Under the pieces are notes generated by a model. The model ran no database searches, was not told where the DNA came from, and saw only the letters and a list, made by a program, of their open reading frames with translations. DNA of 64,000 nucleotides from the NCBI GenBank assembly GCA_003427395.1, contig BFEA01000019.1:337026-401025 (forward strand). The letters run 5' to 3'. The position numbers and the translations under genes were made by a program. Of this stretch, positions 26,568 through 37,526 are shown in pieces. The stretch is from Chara braunii. Lineage: Eukaryota; Plantae; Charophyceae. The number at the start of each line of letters is the position of its first letter. The stretch's first letter is position 1.

Positions 26568-28154
26568 ATGTCGTCCCACGGTGTTGGACGCGGCAAGTCC
26601 GGCATGAACAAGGCAGTGGAAGCGGCGGGAAGGGAGAAAAAGGGTCGTCACACCGTCAACAGGAAGAGGAAGGTCATCCAAGGCGGGCCTTCTGTTGCAG
26701 GTTATAACGAAGATGACGAGTGGGTGGGGGAGGGGGTGGCGACGCAGGAGGAAAGCGACTTCCAAGAAGAGGAGGAAGTGTTGTTGAAGAGGAGGTTTTT
26801 CAGGAGGACGGGTGAAGGCATCCAAATCGAAGAGGGGGGCTATGAGGGTGGCGAAAGACGAGGCGGAGGAGGCCGTGCAGTCATGGAAGACGCCATTGAC
26901 GTCGACGCCGCGACGGCATCCAGGGAGGGCGTGGCAGGTGCCATCGCACAGCAAATGCACACGCCTGTGCCGCGTTTGAATGACACCCCGACCACACATG
27001 AGCCTGCTGTCCGCGCACGAACACCAACAACCTCACGGTCGATGACGGTTGCAGATGTTGGCGGCACTTTGCAAGCCATCGGTCAGGGGAATAGGAACTG
27101 CTGTCCTGAGCAGGAGGCGCACGGGCCCGCAACGGGGGGGAATTCACACGCGGGGGAAGGCGTGAGGGCAGGAGCCATATTAGGGGGGGCTTCACACGCA
27201 GGGGAAGGCGCGAGGGCAGGGGCTGCAGCGGGGGTGGCTTCACACGCAGGGGAAGGCGCAAGGGCAGGCGATGTCGCCGGAGTAGGGGAGGACGACGAAG
27301 CGCTGGTGAACAAGGTGCGACAACATAACACGCGGGATGGAATGGAGGCGGCGACGAAACACTGGGCGGACGACCTTCGCTTCTGGAACGAAACCGAAGG
27401 GAACGCCATAGTAAAGTTGATACAGGAAGCGAGCCCGCATCTTGTGGCGGTGGCATGGGGAGTGCAGTGTCCGCCCGTTCGTCGAAGCATTGTCTTGCCT
27501 CATACCACCATCCCGCAACACAAAATCGAGGACAAAACGGAGTTGAACGCTGCCAAGGAAAAGGGCGCTGAAGGTGCAGACCACTTTGCGGGTGATCCAT
27601 GGGTGGGTCTTCAAGTCAGCGAGCAGGCAACGAGGGTACCACGCTTCGTACGGGTACGAGCTGAACAACGCTGCCACTGACATCGCTCGAGCGATCTGGA
27701 TGGGGGAGGACTGGCGTATAAGTGTGAGCCCCATGGTCTTCCATAGTACTCTGGACATGGATATGAAGTTGCCACTGTGGTTCGTCGCCACCGAAATCGA
27801 GGACAGGCACGAGGACAACGAGTTGGCGTCGTATCAGGAGGCGAGCATCCAGCGACTGGTGGGGGCTTTCACGAGAGCCGTGAGCATGGCGGAGGGGGTC
27901 GACGACTGGCGGGTGTCCTACGAAAGGTTGAAGAGCATTGCCGACACGATGAGGATCATGCTCGCGGCAACCATGTGGTTCATTACGACGCGTGGCTTTT
28001 TGTCCAACTAACAACGAAGCCAATGTTCATCGCATCCATGCATTGCTCATTCAACATGCGTCGCAATATCCTTCAAGCTGCGATCGTCATCATGGACAAG
28101 TTGGCGAGACCCCCCATGACTTTGGTGGACCCTCCGTTATATATCCCCGACTAG
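26568..28154 (+). pseudogene. Frameshifted TE-associated protein of unknown function
   Basis: Consecutive overlapping ORFs 26568-27680, 27574-28011 and 27777-28154; internal 20-aa repeats ASHAGEGARAG. Confidence 0.55.
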
Positions 28155-29014
28155 GTGTCTTGTGGCGTCAAGTTCTCACATAGCGCCAACTTGCCTTCCC
28201 CCATGGACGCCAGGAAGCTCGATTGGCTGGGTACAGGCCCCCCGGATGAGGAAGAAGAAGAAAAAGTCGATGACGAAGCCAGCGGGGGGGGTTGATGAAG
28301 CGTTCATGGCGCCCGTCTTCGACCATTCGACGTGGCCGTCGAAGATTTTTTGGAGTCTTCTAAGACGGGCTCGTAGTGGACACGACCATCGAAGGGAGGG
28401 TGGGATAGGGTGATCTTCGTTTGTTCCGGAGAGACGGCGAGGTGGGATGGGGGGGCGTGGGCGTCCTGCATGTGCATGTTGGTGGTGCTTGTTGTTTTCT
28501 CCTACGCGCTGCTGCTATGCCGTCACTTGCTTGAAGACGACACACAAAACAACGAACGCTCACCCCGCGCCATGCCAAAGTGTACATATGTGATGGGGTT
28601 TTGTACGGCATGGGGGCTTTCCAATCCCATTCGGCTATTGCGGCCATGTGTCTTTCGTGTAGCTGTAGTGTCCGGAGGTAGCACTCTGATTTTGTAGTCG
28701 GCATTGTGTACTCACCAACACGTGGGATGGTCGTGGAAGTGGCGGGAAGGGAGGTTCTCGCCACAGGGTCGTTGCTGGTGAGGGGGGGAGAGATGGAAGA
28801 GGGGGGGAGTGGGATTCGTGGTGTGCTTAGTTGGGGTAGGTAAGAGGATCGGTCATGGGAGAGGACGTTCTCGTGTCGCGGGTCGTTGCTTTGGCGGATC
28901 GGTTCTGTCGACAGCGGGAGGCGTCGTGTCCTTGAAGGGGTCCGATCCGGAGGCATGATCATTGAGCTGACCAACTCAGGCAATTGAGAATTATTTTATT
29001 ATGTCCATTTGATT

Positions 29015-29083
29015 GCATCTGGGCTCGAACTCGGGTCTGTATTTCAAGAGTTCATGGGTGTGGTCCCAATTGGGCTAGGCCCG
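29015..29083 (-). mobile_element. tRNA-derived SINE head
   Basis: A box TAGCCCAATTGG and B box GAGTTCGAGCC on -. Confidence 0.55.
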
Positions 29084-30768
29084 TTGGTTGGCTGATCTTT
29101 TTCAAATTACAGCAAGGGAAGTACTCAATGCAATATACGTGAACCATGGGTGGATTCTGTGTGCATAAATCGAGAAATGGGGCCTCGCTCCACTACTCTC
29201 CAAATGTGCAAAACGAGAGTGAATCTTCCGCTAGAACGTGCAAGAGAAGAGAAAAAACAAAAGAAAACACAAACTTTTAAATTTTGCGCAAATCAAAATT
29301 TTCAGAAACAAAGAAAATGACCAAGTAAAAAGAGAAAATTTTGTCAATACTTCGGTACCCCCAAGGGATCAAACTGTGCTTGAAAAAGAAACTCAGGCAG
29401 AGAAAATTTCGGCAACACGTCATTACCCCCAAGGGGTCAAGCTGTCCGCCAACAACAAGAATGGCTGTCCTAAAAAGATTTGAGGGTGCCACAAAGAAGT
29501 TTGGATAAGCAGGAAAAAAAAAAATCAAGAAAATGAAAAAGAAGGATTAATAAAACAATTCGAAATTTTCGAAAGAAAAAGAAAAAGAAATCAAAGAGAA
29601 ACACAAAATAAGAAAATGAGAAAATTTGGAAGTTGGTGGAGAGGGATGAAAAAGTAGTGAGAAAAGAGAGGGAGAGGTGTGAAATTGAAAACTTTTGAGG
29701 TGGTAGTTACGGGGGGGATAGTTGGCGGAAGAAAAGAGGGAAGGAGGGTGGGCGAATGAGAGAGAAAATTATGGAAAAGATGGAGAGTAAAGTAAGAGAT
29801 TAGTAGAAGAGGGTGAGTGAGGAGAAGAGAAAAAAACATGGTGGAAAATGAGTGAAAAGTGAGGGATATGAGAGAGCGGTTAGGAGGAGGAGAGAGAAGT
29901 GAAGAAAAAAGGAGAGGCCAGTGATAAAAGGTGATGATGAGAGGATGTGGGGGAGAAAGAGAAAAGGATGGGAGGGAAGTTTATTAATACGTATAGGGTT
30001 GTTACCGAGCTCTTGGGTGGCCAAGAGTAGAAAAAATCACCAAGATCCACAAGATCTTGGGCTTCACACACCTTCAAGATGATGATGAACTGTTGCTGCA
30101 GCAGTTGGATCTGATTGGATGGATCAGATCTGCAGATTTAAAAAATATTTATCTGGGGTAGGCTGAGACCCTGATCAGCAACGCAGTTCTCCCTGTACTG
30201 CAGCCCCCTAACCAGAGGGGGTCTTTAAACGCCTTAAACAAGCTGCCATGTGGCACTGCAGATGGCGATGTGCGCGAGGGAAGCAGCAGCCACGGTGTGG
30301 GGGGTGGGAAGGGGGGACAAATAGTAGCCCACCTGCCGCCGCCGTGTTGCTCGCTGCTCGCTGCTCATCGAAAGAGGGGGGGGAGGGGGGAGGGGGGAGG
30401 GGGGGTAAATAGCTGGTGTGGCACTCTACAATAGTGTCGTGCCACACTCCCAACTCTTGTTTAGACTTTGGCCAGTTTGTTAAGGCACTGGCTATGCCTG
30501 CCCATGAACCGGTGCTGCCCAGGTTCAGGTTCAGACTCTGGCAACAACATACCAGATCTTGATTGATATATATCTAGGAGCGAGGTGGGGCAGCAGGGTG
30601 TGGGCATGCATGTGTACGACATTGTTGGCACATGCGCATGTGTGCCATGTGTGAGATCTTTTCTCCCCTGACATGTGCTCTTCCCTTGCGCTGGTGTCTG
30701 CACATTTCTCCGACCATTTTCGTGTTCGCAGCTCCGAAATGCGTCGAAATCCCACTGTTCGGGATTTG

Positions 30769-31048
30769 CCCGTTCATGACGGAGTGGGATGGGTGGGAGT
30801 GGGGAACATTCCCGCTCTGATACCAATGTGACGGACCCATCGGGATTGCGGTCCCGTCAGTGTCCAGAAAAGGGGTGAGGATGAAGGAGATGGTGCAGCG
30901 GGAAGGGTTGCCCGTTCATGACGGAGTGGGATGGGTGGGAGCAGGGAATGTTCCCGCTCTAATACCAGTGTGATGGACCCGTCGGGATGGCGTTCCCGTC
31001 AGTGTCCAGACAAGGGGTGAGGATGGAGGGGATGGTGGAGCGGGAAGG
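30769..31048 (-). repeat. Tandem duplication (~142 bp) of an LTR-end/PBS junction
   Basis: gctctgatacca+atgtgacgg at ~30814 and gctctaatacca+gtgtgatgg at ~30956. Confidence 0.7.
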
Positions 31049-31727
31049 GACAGCGCACCACCGACGCAAACTCAACACACACATAGACGCAGACTCAACA
31101 CGCGCATACTCCAAGATGTGCAAATGAAAACACAGACTGCAGATGGAGTATACCCCCAGCAGACTGACTGGAATGGACTGGACTGGACTGGTACTGATAG
31201 TGGTACCGGACAAGAATGAAGTGAATACTCACATGGCCTGTGGGGCCAGGCCAACAGCCTGGTCCCACAGGTCCATTTCAGACCAAACGGACAAATAGCC
31301 AAATAGCCCTGGCTGTAGGCCAGGGCAGATGGAGGCCTGCTGCAGTTATCATACATTGTCAAGATGCACCCATCATTACACAAACGGCCCAAACAAGACA
31401 ACCTACTATAATACTGTCAGGAGATCCCTTTCCAACAAGTTGGGTGCATTCTTTGAAAACAGGAAAAAAGAAAAAAACAGGGTATTCTTTGAAGTTTGGG
31501 CTCCGACCGCTCAGCTGACAGTCAATCCTTCCAAATGAAGTAATCTCCACAGTCAGTAGTAGTGGAGGTGGAGAGTAGAAATGTTTCCAATCGGATGAAT
31601 TTGGGCGCTCTTGTAGTGGCCCGTACGTTTCCTAACACCGTGGCTTGTATACGGGTACTACTTCAGGAAGTACTGGTGGTTTAACAGAAAAATTGAGACA
31701 ATAAGGTTCTTCAAAAATGAAAAAGGG

Positions 31728-31813
31728 GGCATGCCATAGCCCAGTTGGTTTCACATGCAAGTGGCGTTTGGGAAGTCGTGAGTTCAATTCTCCACAGCCA
31801 CCTGTGGTGTGCT
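31728..31813 (+). mobile_element. tRNA-derived SINE head
   Basis: TAGCCCAGTTGG A box and GAGTTCAATTC B box; related to 53983-54072. Confidence 0.6.
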
Positions 31814-32034
31814 AGGTGTTCAGCAGCTTGCCACCCCTAGTTGGTCTTGGTAGCATCCTGGGTTCTCTTAGAGGCCCTCACCCCTGGTATTCCTCACTGG
31901 TATCGCCCTTTTCAAACGGCCCCGAGTCTGCTAGGATTGCTAATATGAGCAGGCCTACCTAGCAGCCCTGTATTCGACTCCAATCTATTGGTGGGGAGCA
32001 TCACCAGCTGGAAAACGGGTCCAGCGGCCCTTTA

Positions 32035-33861
32035 GAAAATGCACAGCAAATACATCGAGGATATGCGAGTGTCTATAACATTTCTGGGAGACATCAGACC
32101 AGAACAGGCAATGGAAAACTTGATCGAATGCCTTCCTTTAGACTGGAGGAAAGTGTTGAGAAAAGGACCATCGCTACAAGAGTCTGACTGGGTCGCAATT
32201 AGGGGACGTCAGGGAGAGGTAGGTAATGTGGTGAGCTGTGACCCAAACGGACTAGTGGCGGTGGACATATTTACAATCGGCAACGACAACTCCCTCCAAA
32301 GACCAAGCCCAGAGCAAATACAACTTCTCGACAAGAACGACCTCTCGAGAATAAGAGTGTTGAGGCTGGAGGACAGATGGGTGGCATTCTCACCGGACAT
32401 ACCGATATCCCATCTGCCCCTGGACCCTGGGGAATGGGAATGGACCAGCACAACTGCCAGAGGCANACCCTGCACTAGAACGCTGCATAACTTGACAGTC
32501 AAAGCCACATACAGATTACTCCGTCCAAAAATTAACCTAAGGGACCAGGTGGAAGAGAGATGGATGAAACAACTGAATATTGCTAAAGAATCGTTGAGGG
32601 GCGTGAAATGGTTCCAGCTAACCAAGAAGAAACCGGCGAACTTGGCATCCTTGCAATGGCAGATGGAACACCGTTGCCTACCAACCAACAACTGGTTGAT
32701 AGACAGAACCACCTTGGAACAGAGGGGACTGGCACTCCCCTGGTGCAGAATATTCTCCAACGCATTTCCATTTAGAAAGATACCGGAGACAATGGAACAC
32801 ATATTCCTACAATGCCCAGGAGCGGTCTGGCTTTGGCGCTGGTGGGACAGAGTATGGGACCAGTTAGGAACAGGGGTACCTTGGCCATGGGACTGGAAAG
32901 CCCTGCTGTTCGAAAGATGGCCTCTTGAGCAGCAGGATGATTTCACACTCAATATCTTTCAACAAGGAAGAAGGGCAATAATGCGGGCACTGTGGAGACG
33001 TCGCTGCACGTTTGAAATGGAAGGAATGAGGTTGGAGGGGCCAGAATTCACAGAGAGTATACAACAACAGATCCATACAAACATAATGGGGAAATGGGAA
33101 GAAACCAAAAAACAGATCAATCATATTCACACTGGGAAAGAGATAAAACAGAGGATACAAGACTTCTGCAGAAACTGGCTCGGGGGGGAAATGGGNGGGA
33201 GGATAGGACGGGTGGAATGNAATGGAGGAAGTAGGGGACAAGGGGAAAGGGGNGACAACGTGACAATCACAAAAGACTACAAACTCCTTTTCAANGACTG
33301 GACCAAGCTGGATGNCTCAACCCCAATGAGGCCGAGCAGCGACTTCCCGGATTTCTTTCCCCCCTCTGCAAACAGTTTAGTAGGAATTTCTTGGTATGGG
33401 GGAGAGTGATTGTGGGGGGAGGCACCAGGAGGGCCTCCAAGGTTTCGGATTTACCAGGGAGTTGCTGTACTTTGGGTTAAGTAGGAATCTCCGGGTATGA
33501 GGAAGAGTGGTTCTTCAAATTTTCTGATGCTGTGTTTAACCATGTCCGGAAGTGAAGGGAGGGACTAGCACGTAGAAGCAGATATCTGGCACCAATTTTA
33601 GGTGAAGAGGCTCCTCCCTCATAGCAATAGCCTGTTCAGTCAATCCCCTGGGTTCCAGGGTAATCAATNCTGACAGGACCCCACACATGCGCTATCTCTG
33701 ATCCTTTTCAAACTCAGCTTGTATATGGGACGCTNGACCCNTTTTCCAGCAGGTGTTGCTCCCCACCAATAGATGGAGCCTCTCCCCAGGTGCTAGTGGT
33801 GACTGCCCTTAACAGCACCGCTAGCACTGGTGGGGGCGTGTGTTGAAAAAAAAAAAAAAAA
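32035..33861 (+). mobile_element. 5'-truncated L1/Tx1-like LINE (ORF2 C-terminus with zf-RVT, structured 3' UTR, poly(A))
   Basis: ORF 32039-33409 with WQMEHRCLPT...ETMEHIFLQC; poly(A) 33846-33861. Confidence 0.9.
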
Positions 33862-33989
33862 GAGATTCTGCCTCTTCAGCCTGCACTCCTCTACTCGGCC
33901 GCTGGCTTTGTCCCACCTATGCTAGCAGGTTCCCCCAAATAAGCATCACACCAATCATAACCGAGAAAACACATTGAAGCCTGTACCTG

Positions 33990-34330
33990 CCCGCATTCCA
34001 CCCACAAATTCCCCCAAGCAGCTCCATCATATGAAGAACCTCTGAAACCTGTCACTCCCCCCCATACCACTGCGCCTCCACCATGGCCGGGGGCGGAGGT
34101 GGGAAGAGCTCAGGGAACTTGGAGAGGGGGTGGAGTGGGCTGGAGGGATGTATCCTTGTCCAAATTGAATCATGAAACAAGAGGTGATAGTCCCTCTCTC
34201 CTTCCTCCAGGTCCTCTGAATTCCCCCTCCCCTCTCCCTTCCATTCCACATTTGCAATCCAGCCCCCTTGTTTCCTCCCCCAGCCAGTCTTTGCTTATTC
34301 CTCACTGGGCGTTAGACTCTAGGTTTGGTA
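33990..34330 (-). mobile_element. LINE ORF2 C-terminal remnant
   Basis: Translation ends FPELFPPPPP...WYGGE*, like the WYGGE* end of the 32039 ORF. Confidence 0.6.
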
Positions 34331-34482
34331 GATCTCGGCTGTTCCCTCTACCGGGTAGATCTCGGCCGCTCCTTCCTAGTATACTTACACATATTGGTTG
34401 GTAGTGTGAGGTATACTTGAGTGGAGAATATAGCTTATTTAAAAAGGAAAAAAAAGTGAGATGAGAAAGACGACGACAAGGG

Positions 34483-34592
34483 CTACCTTCTTCCCCCGAA
34501 TACAACGTACCCTAATTATAGCTGTGTATCTACGGTATCTTTCAGTCTAAATACAGCTATAATGAGCGTTCATTATACTTGGGGGAAGAAGT
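34483..34592. repeat. ~110-bp imperfect hairpin (MITE or pre-miRNA-like)
   Basis: cttcttcccccgaa...attatagctgt / acagctataat...ttgggggaagaag. Confidence 0.6.
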
Positions 34593-35499
34593 TCAAGAAG
34601 GTAGGACCAGGGTTATCCTGGTTACTACAGTCATTTTCTGGTGGTCCACAAGGTTGGATAAAAAGGGATTTTAAATTACCACTTCGGTTATTTTCAGGCA
34701 TTGCTTCTTCCTAGAGGAACAACCAGGATAGCGGAGAGTACTGGTCTTCAAGTATGGCTTCACTTTACAGTCAATCCTTCCGCTGCAAGTGTAGAAAAAA
34801 AAAAAAAAAGCTGTCTGGGCTCTCCAGGCAGTAACGTGGGAGGCATCATGAGTGGACTTCAATATATTATTCTGACTTACCTTCTGCTTCATCGAAGCTG
34901 TTCTTCGACTTTTGTGGTTCGGAGGGGCCGGCGGAGAAATAAACTTAAACCACCAGTTTGCAGTTCGGAGGGCGGGAAAATAAACTTAAACCACCAGTAC
35001 TTGGCCCAGTTATCCGCCGCGGAAAAAAATAGAGTAGAAACATTTGTAGTCGGATGCATTTGGGCGCTCCTGTAGTGACCAGTACGTTTCCTAAAGGCCC
35101 AACTTCAGGAAGTACTGGTGGTTTAAGCCCAACCCCTATCCGAGTCTATGATAAGTGTAGGAGCCTTTGTGAACCTAGAAGTTGGTGGATTTTTTTTTTT
35201 TTTTTTAAGAAGTCGGTGGAATAGTAACTGGACTGCTGAATCGTGATGATCCCGAGAATGGATATGGAGCTGATCCCTTGGGGACCTGTTTTCATTAAAA
35301 AGAAAGAAAAGACAAAAGAATGTGGCCATCACTCACGTATACTGCAGTGAGTCCTCTCCTTGCTCTCATACCAAAAAGATATTAAGTCATAATGCCACCT
35401 GGGCCCGAGCTATACATTTCCTCTCTAGCATGAGCCCACTTCCAATGCGAGCTAATCTGTGTGGCCATGTGCGGCCGATCTCCTAGCCAATGCTGCAGA

Positions 35500-35735
35500 A
35501 ATCCCATCTTGAACGAGGTACAGGAATGGATGACCCGCAATGAGTTTAAAGAGATGGTACCGTTCCAACCAAGCATACCAGTGGCCACAACTGGTGCAAC
35601 AGTGGAAGTCGCTTCCACGTATTAAGCTTTGTGGTACAACAGCGACGCAAACAGGTATTCGGTGGTGGTGGTGGGATTCCACGATGGGCATAACGTTTAT
35701 CGCGATTGGGTCAAGCGCGTCCACAATCCAGATCG
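35500..35735 (-). pseudogene. Degenerate tandem duplicate of the serpin C-terminal/RCL segment
   Basis: IVDALDPIAIN...YHKA/YVEA...KLIAGHPFLYLVQD across frameshifts. Confidence 0.75.
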
Positions 35736-35778
35736 GCACATTCCCAATAAGCTCAAACGCCCACTTCGCCAAGCCTTT

Positions 35779-37443
35779 CTACAGGCTTGGGTTCTGAACC
35801 TGTCCCATGATGATGATGTTTCCTAAAGGGTCTTGAATGATGAACAAAAATGGATGATCAACAATGAATGAAACAGAGATGACCGGAGGACCTGCGGCTA
35901 AGGTGCTCACAATTATACTCGTTGCAGCTGCTGCCTCTGACCCCTCCTCGTTGACTTCCACGTAAGCTTTGTGGTATACTTCTGACACAAATAGTGATTC
36001 CGTGGAATTCGTCATCGCTGCAAAGTTTGCAGACAATGGGTCAAATGCATCCACAATCCCCATTGACTTAAAGGTATCACTTAGAAGCAAAGCATCTGAC
36101 GTCAGACGGAATCGTGGCATCCTCAGCTCGGAAATCCAGACCTCACTGTCTAGGCTTGAGCTAATTGAAAGACACGTGCTCAACTGCTCAGGAGTGAGCT
36201 CCGCTACGAGGTCAGCGAGGCCATCGACTCTCTCCGGGAGGAATATATACATGTCCCACCCTGACATACCCACTCCTTGAAGTTCGTTCTCCGTCCCCAC
36301 TCTATATGGTAGCCGCAGCACAGAGAAGGTCCCTGCCGATCCCTCTTTGTTGCACATGCTGTGCACCGACCCATGCAGGTCCTTCATCTTCATCATTGGG
36401 ACATCAACCGAAGTTTGACTGGATAGCATGAACGGCCCGGGCTCCGTCAATGATTGGTTGAACTTGTCGGCCCACACAGCTTTAAAATAGAGAGCATTTG
36501 CAAGTACCACTCGTGTCAAGCTACTCAAGGAACCAACAGGGAGAAGGTCTAAAATCTTACCATGTGTGACGTTTGAAACCCAAGCATTGATCGTCTGACG
36601 AATGGCCTCTGCATCGACAGAGAAGTCGACGACCTGCGGAACCGCATGGTACGTTGAATTTGTAAGGTTGACGAAGCGGTCAGTGAGAGGGAATCTGTTC
36701 TGAACCCACAGATTGTTCGCTAACTCAAACAGCATTGTTCTCTGGCCCCCTTTACCTTGGCTTGCATTGCTATCATTGGCAGCCTGCAACAGCATGCGTC
36801 CCACAGCATCACTCAGCTGATAAACATCGGATGCATTCAATGCTGTCAAAAGCTGCGACAGTGTGTTGCCGTCCACACCCCCGCTCAACATAGCTAGCAC
36901 TGTAAACACGCTAAGAGGAGAAAACACCACATTTGTACTTCCATTTGCACTGAAATTTGTTTTACTGTTGATAGCCTGCACCATACTGACCGCAAGCTTC
37001 GTCATCCCCCGAGCAGTAAGTGTTGAGCTTGAGTTTGGAGGGTCAAGCGAAGCCAAGGTTCGGAGAGGACGAGTGGGTCTGCGATAACTTGCGTGTGTTC
37101 TTAGTTCTCTGTGCTTCGTACCCTCTCTGAACAGATGGGATGCAGCATGCCCGGAGTCTACCATCCGTCCTTCACCGTTGTCATCACTGGACAGTTTGTC
37201 ATATACTTCAGCCAACTCCATTCGGCGACCCTCTCTCAACTCAGGCCGATGAACCCATGAAACCACTCCTTGTCGATCATGATGTCCATTCTCGTGTGTG
37301 GTCACATCTTTTCCAACTTGCAAAATTCGATCAGGTGGCAGGAAAAGTGATGCATTTGCTTCAGAAGCTTTGAGATTGGCAACCACAAGAATTATCACAA
37401 ACAAGAGCTTGAAGGCCCACACACAGTGCAGCAGAAGACCCAT
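35779..37443 (-). CDS. Secreted-type serpin, 554 aa, intronless, predicted inhibitory (P1-P1' approx. Leu-Ala)
   Basis: Hydrophobic N-terminus; NVVFSPLS, LANALYFKAVW, hinge EEGSEAAAAT, DHPFLFIIQD...GQVQNP; unbroken ORF. Confidence 0.92.
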   Translation of the reverse strand: MGLLLHCVWAFKLLFVIILVVANLKASEANASLFLPPDRILQVGKDVTTHENGHHDRQGVVSWVHRPELREGRRMELAEVYDKLSSDDNGEGRMVDSGHAASHLFREGTKHRELRTHASYRRPTRPLRTLASLDPPNSSSTLTARGMTKLAVSMVQAINSKTNFSANGSTNVVFSPLSVFTVLAMLSGGVDGNTLSQLLTALNASDVYQLSDAVGRMLLQAANDSNASQGKGGQRTMLFELANNLWVQNRFPLTDRFVNLTNSTYHAVPQVVDFSVDAEAIRQTINAWVSNVTHGKILDLLPVGSLSSLTRVVLANALYFKAVWADKFNQSLTEPGPFMLSSQTSVDVPMMKMKDLHGSVHSMCNKEGSAGTFSVLRLPYRVGTENELQGVGMSGWDMYIFLPERVDGLADLVAELTPEQLSTCLSISSSLDSEVWISELRMPRFRLTSDALLLSDTFKSMGIVDAFDPLSANFAAMTNSTESLFVSEVYHKAYVEVNEEGSEAAAATSIIVSTLAAGPPVISVSFIVDHPFLFIIQDPLGNIIIMGQVQNPSL

Positions 37444-37526
37444 ACAATGTGTCAGGCCGCAGAATCAATGAAACATTAACCAAGGCAGCCAAGAATGTCA
37501 ACCACAAATATATATATATATATATA

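Larger units (their letters stand above)
22034..28980 (+). mobile_element. PIF/Harbinger-like element with a Myb/SANT gene and a second unknown ORF; right end not found
   Basis: TTA then GGGGCTCGTTAGATA left terminus; clustered CCTCGG/CCGAGG subterminal motifs; Myb/SANT coding region. Confidence 0.6.
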
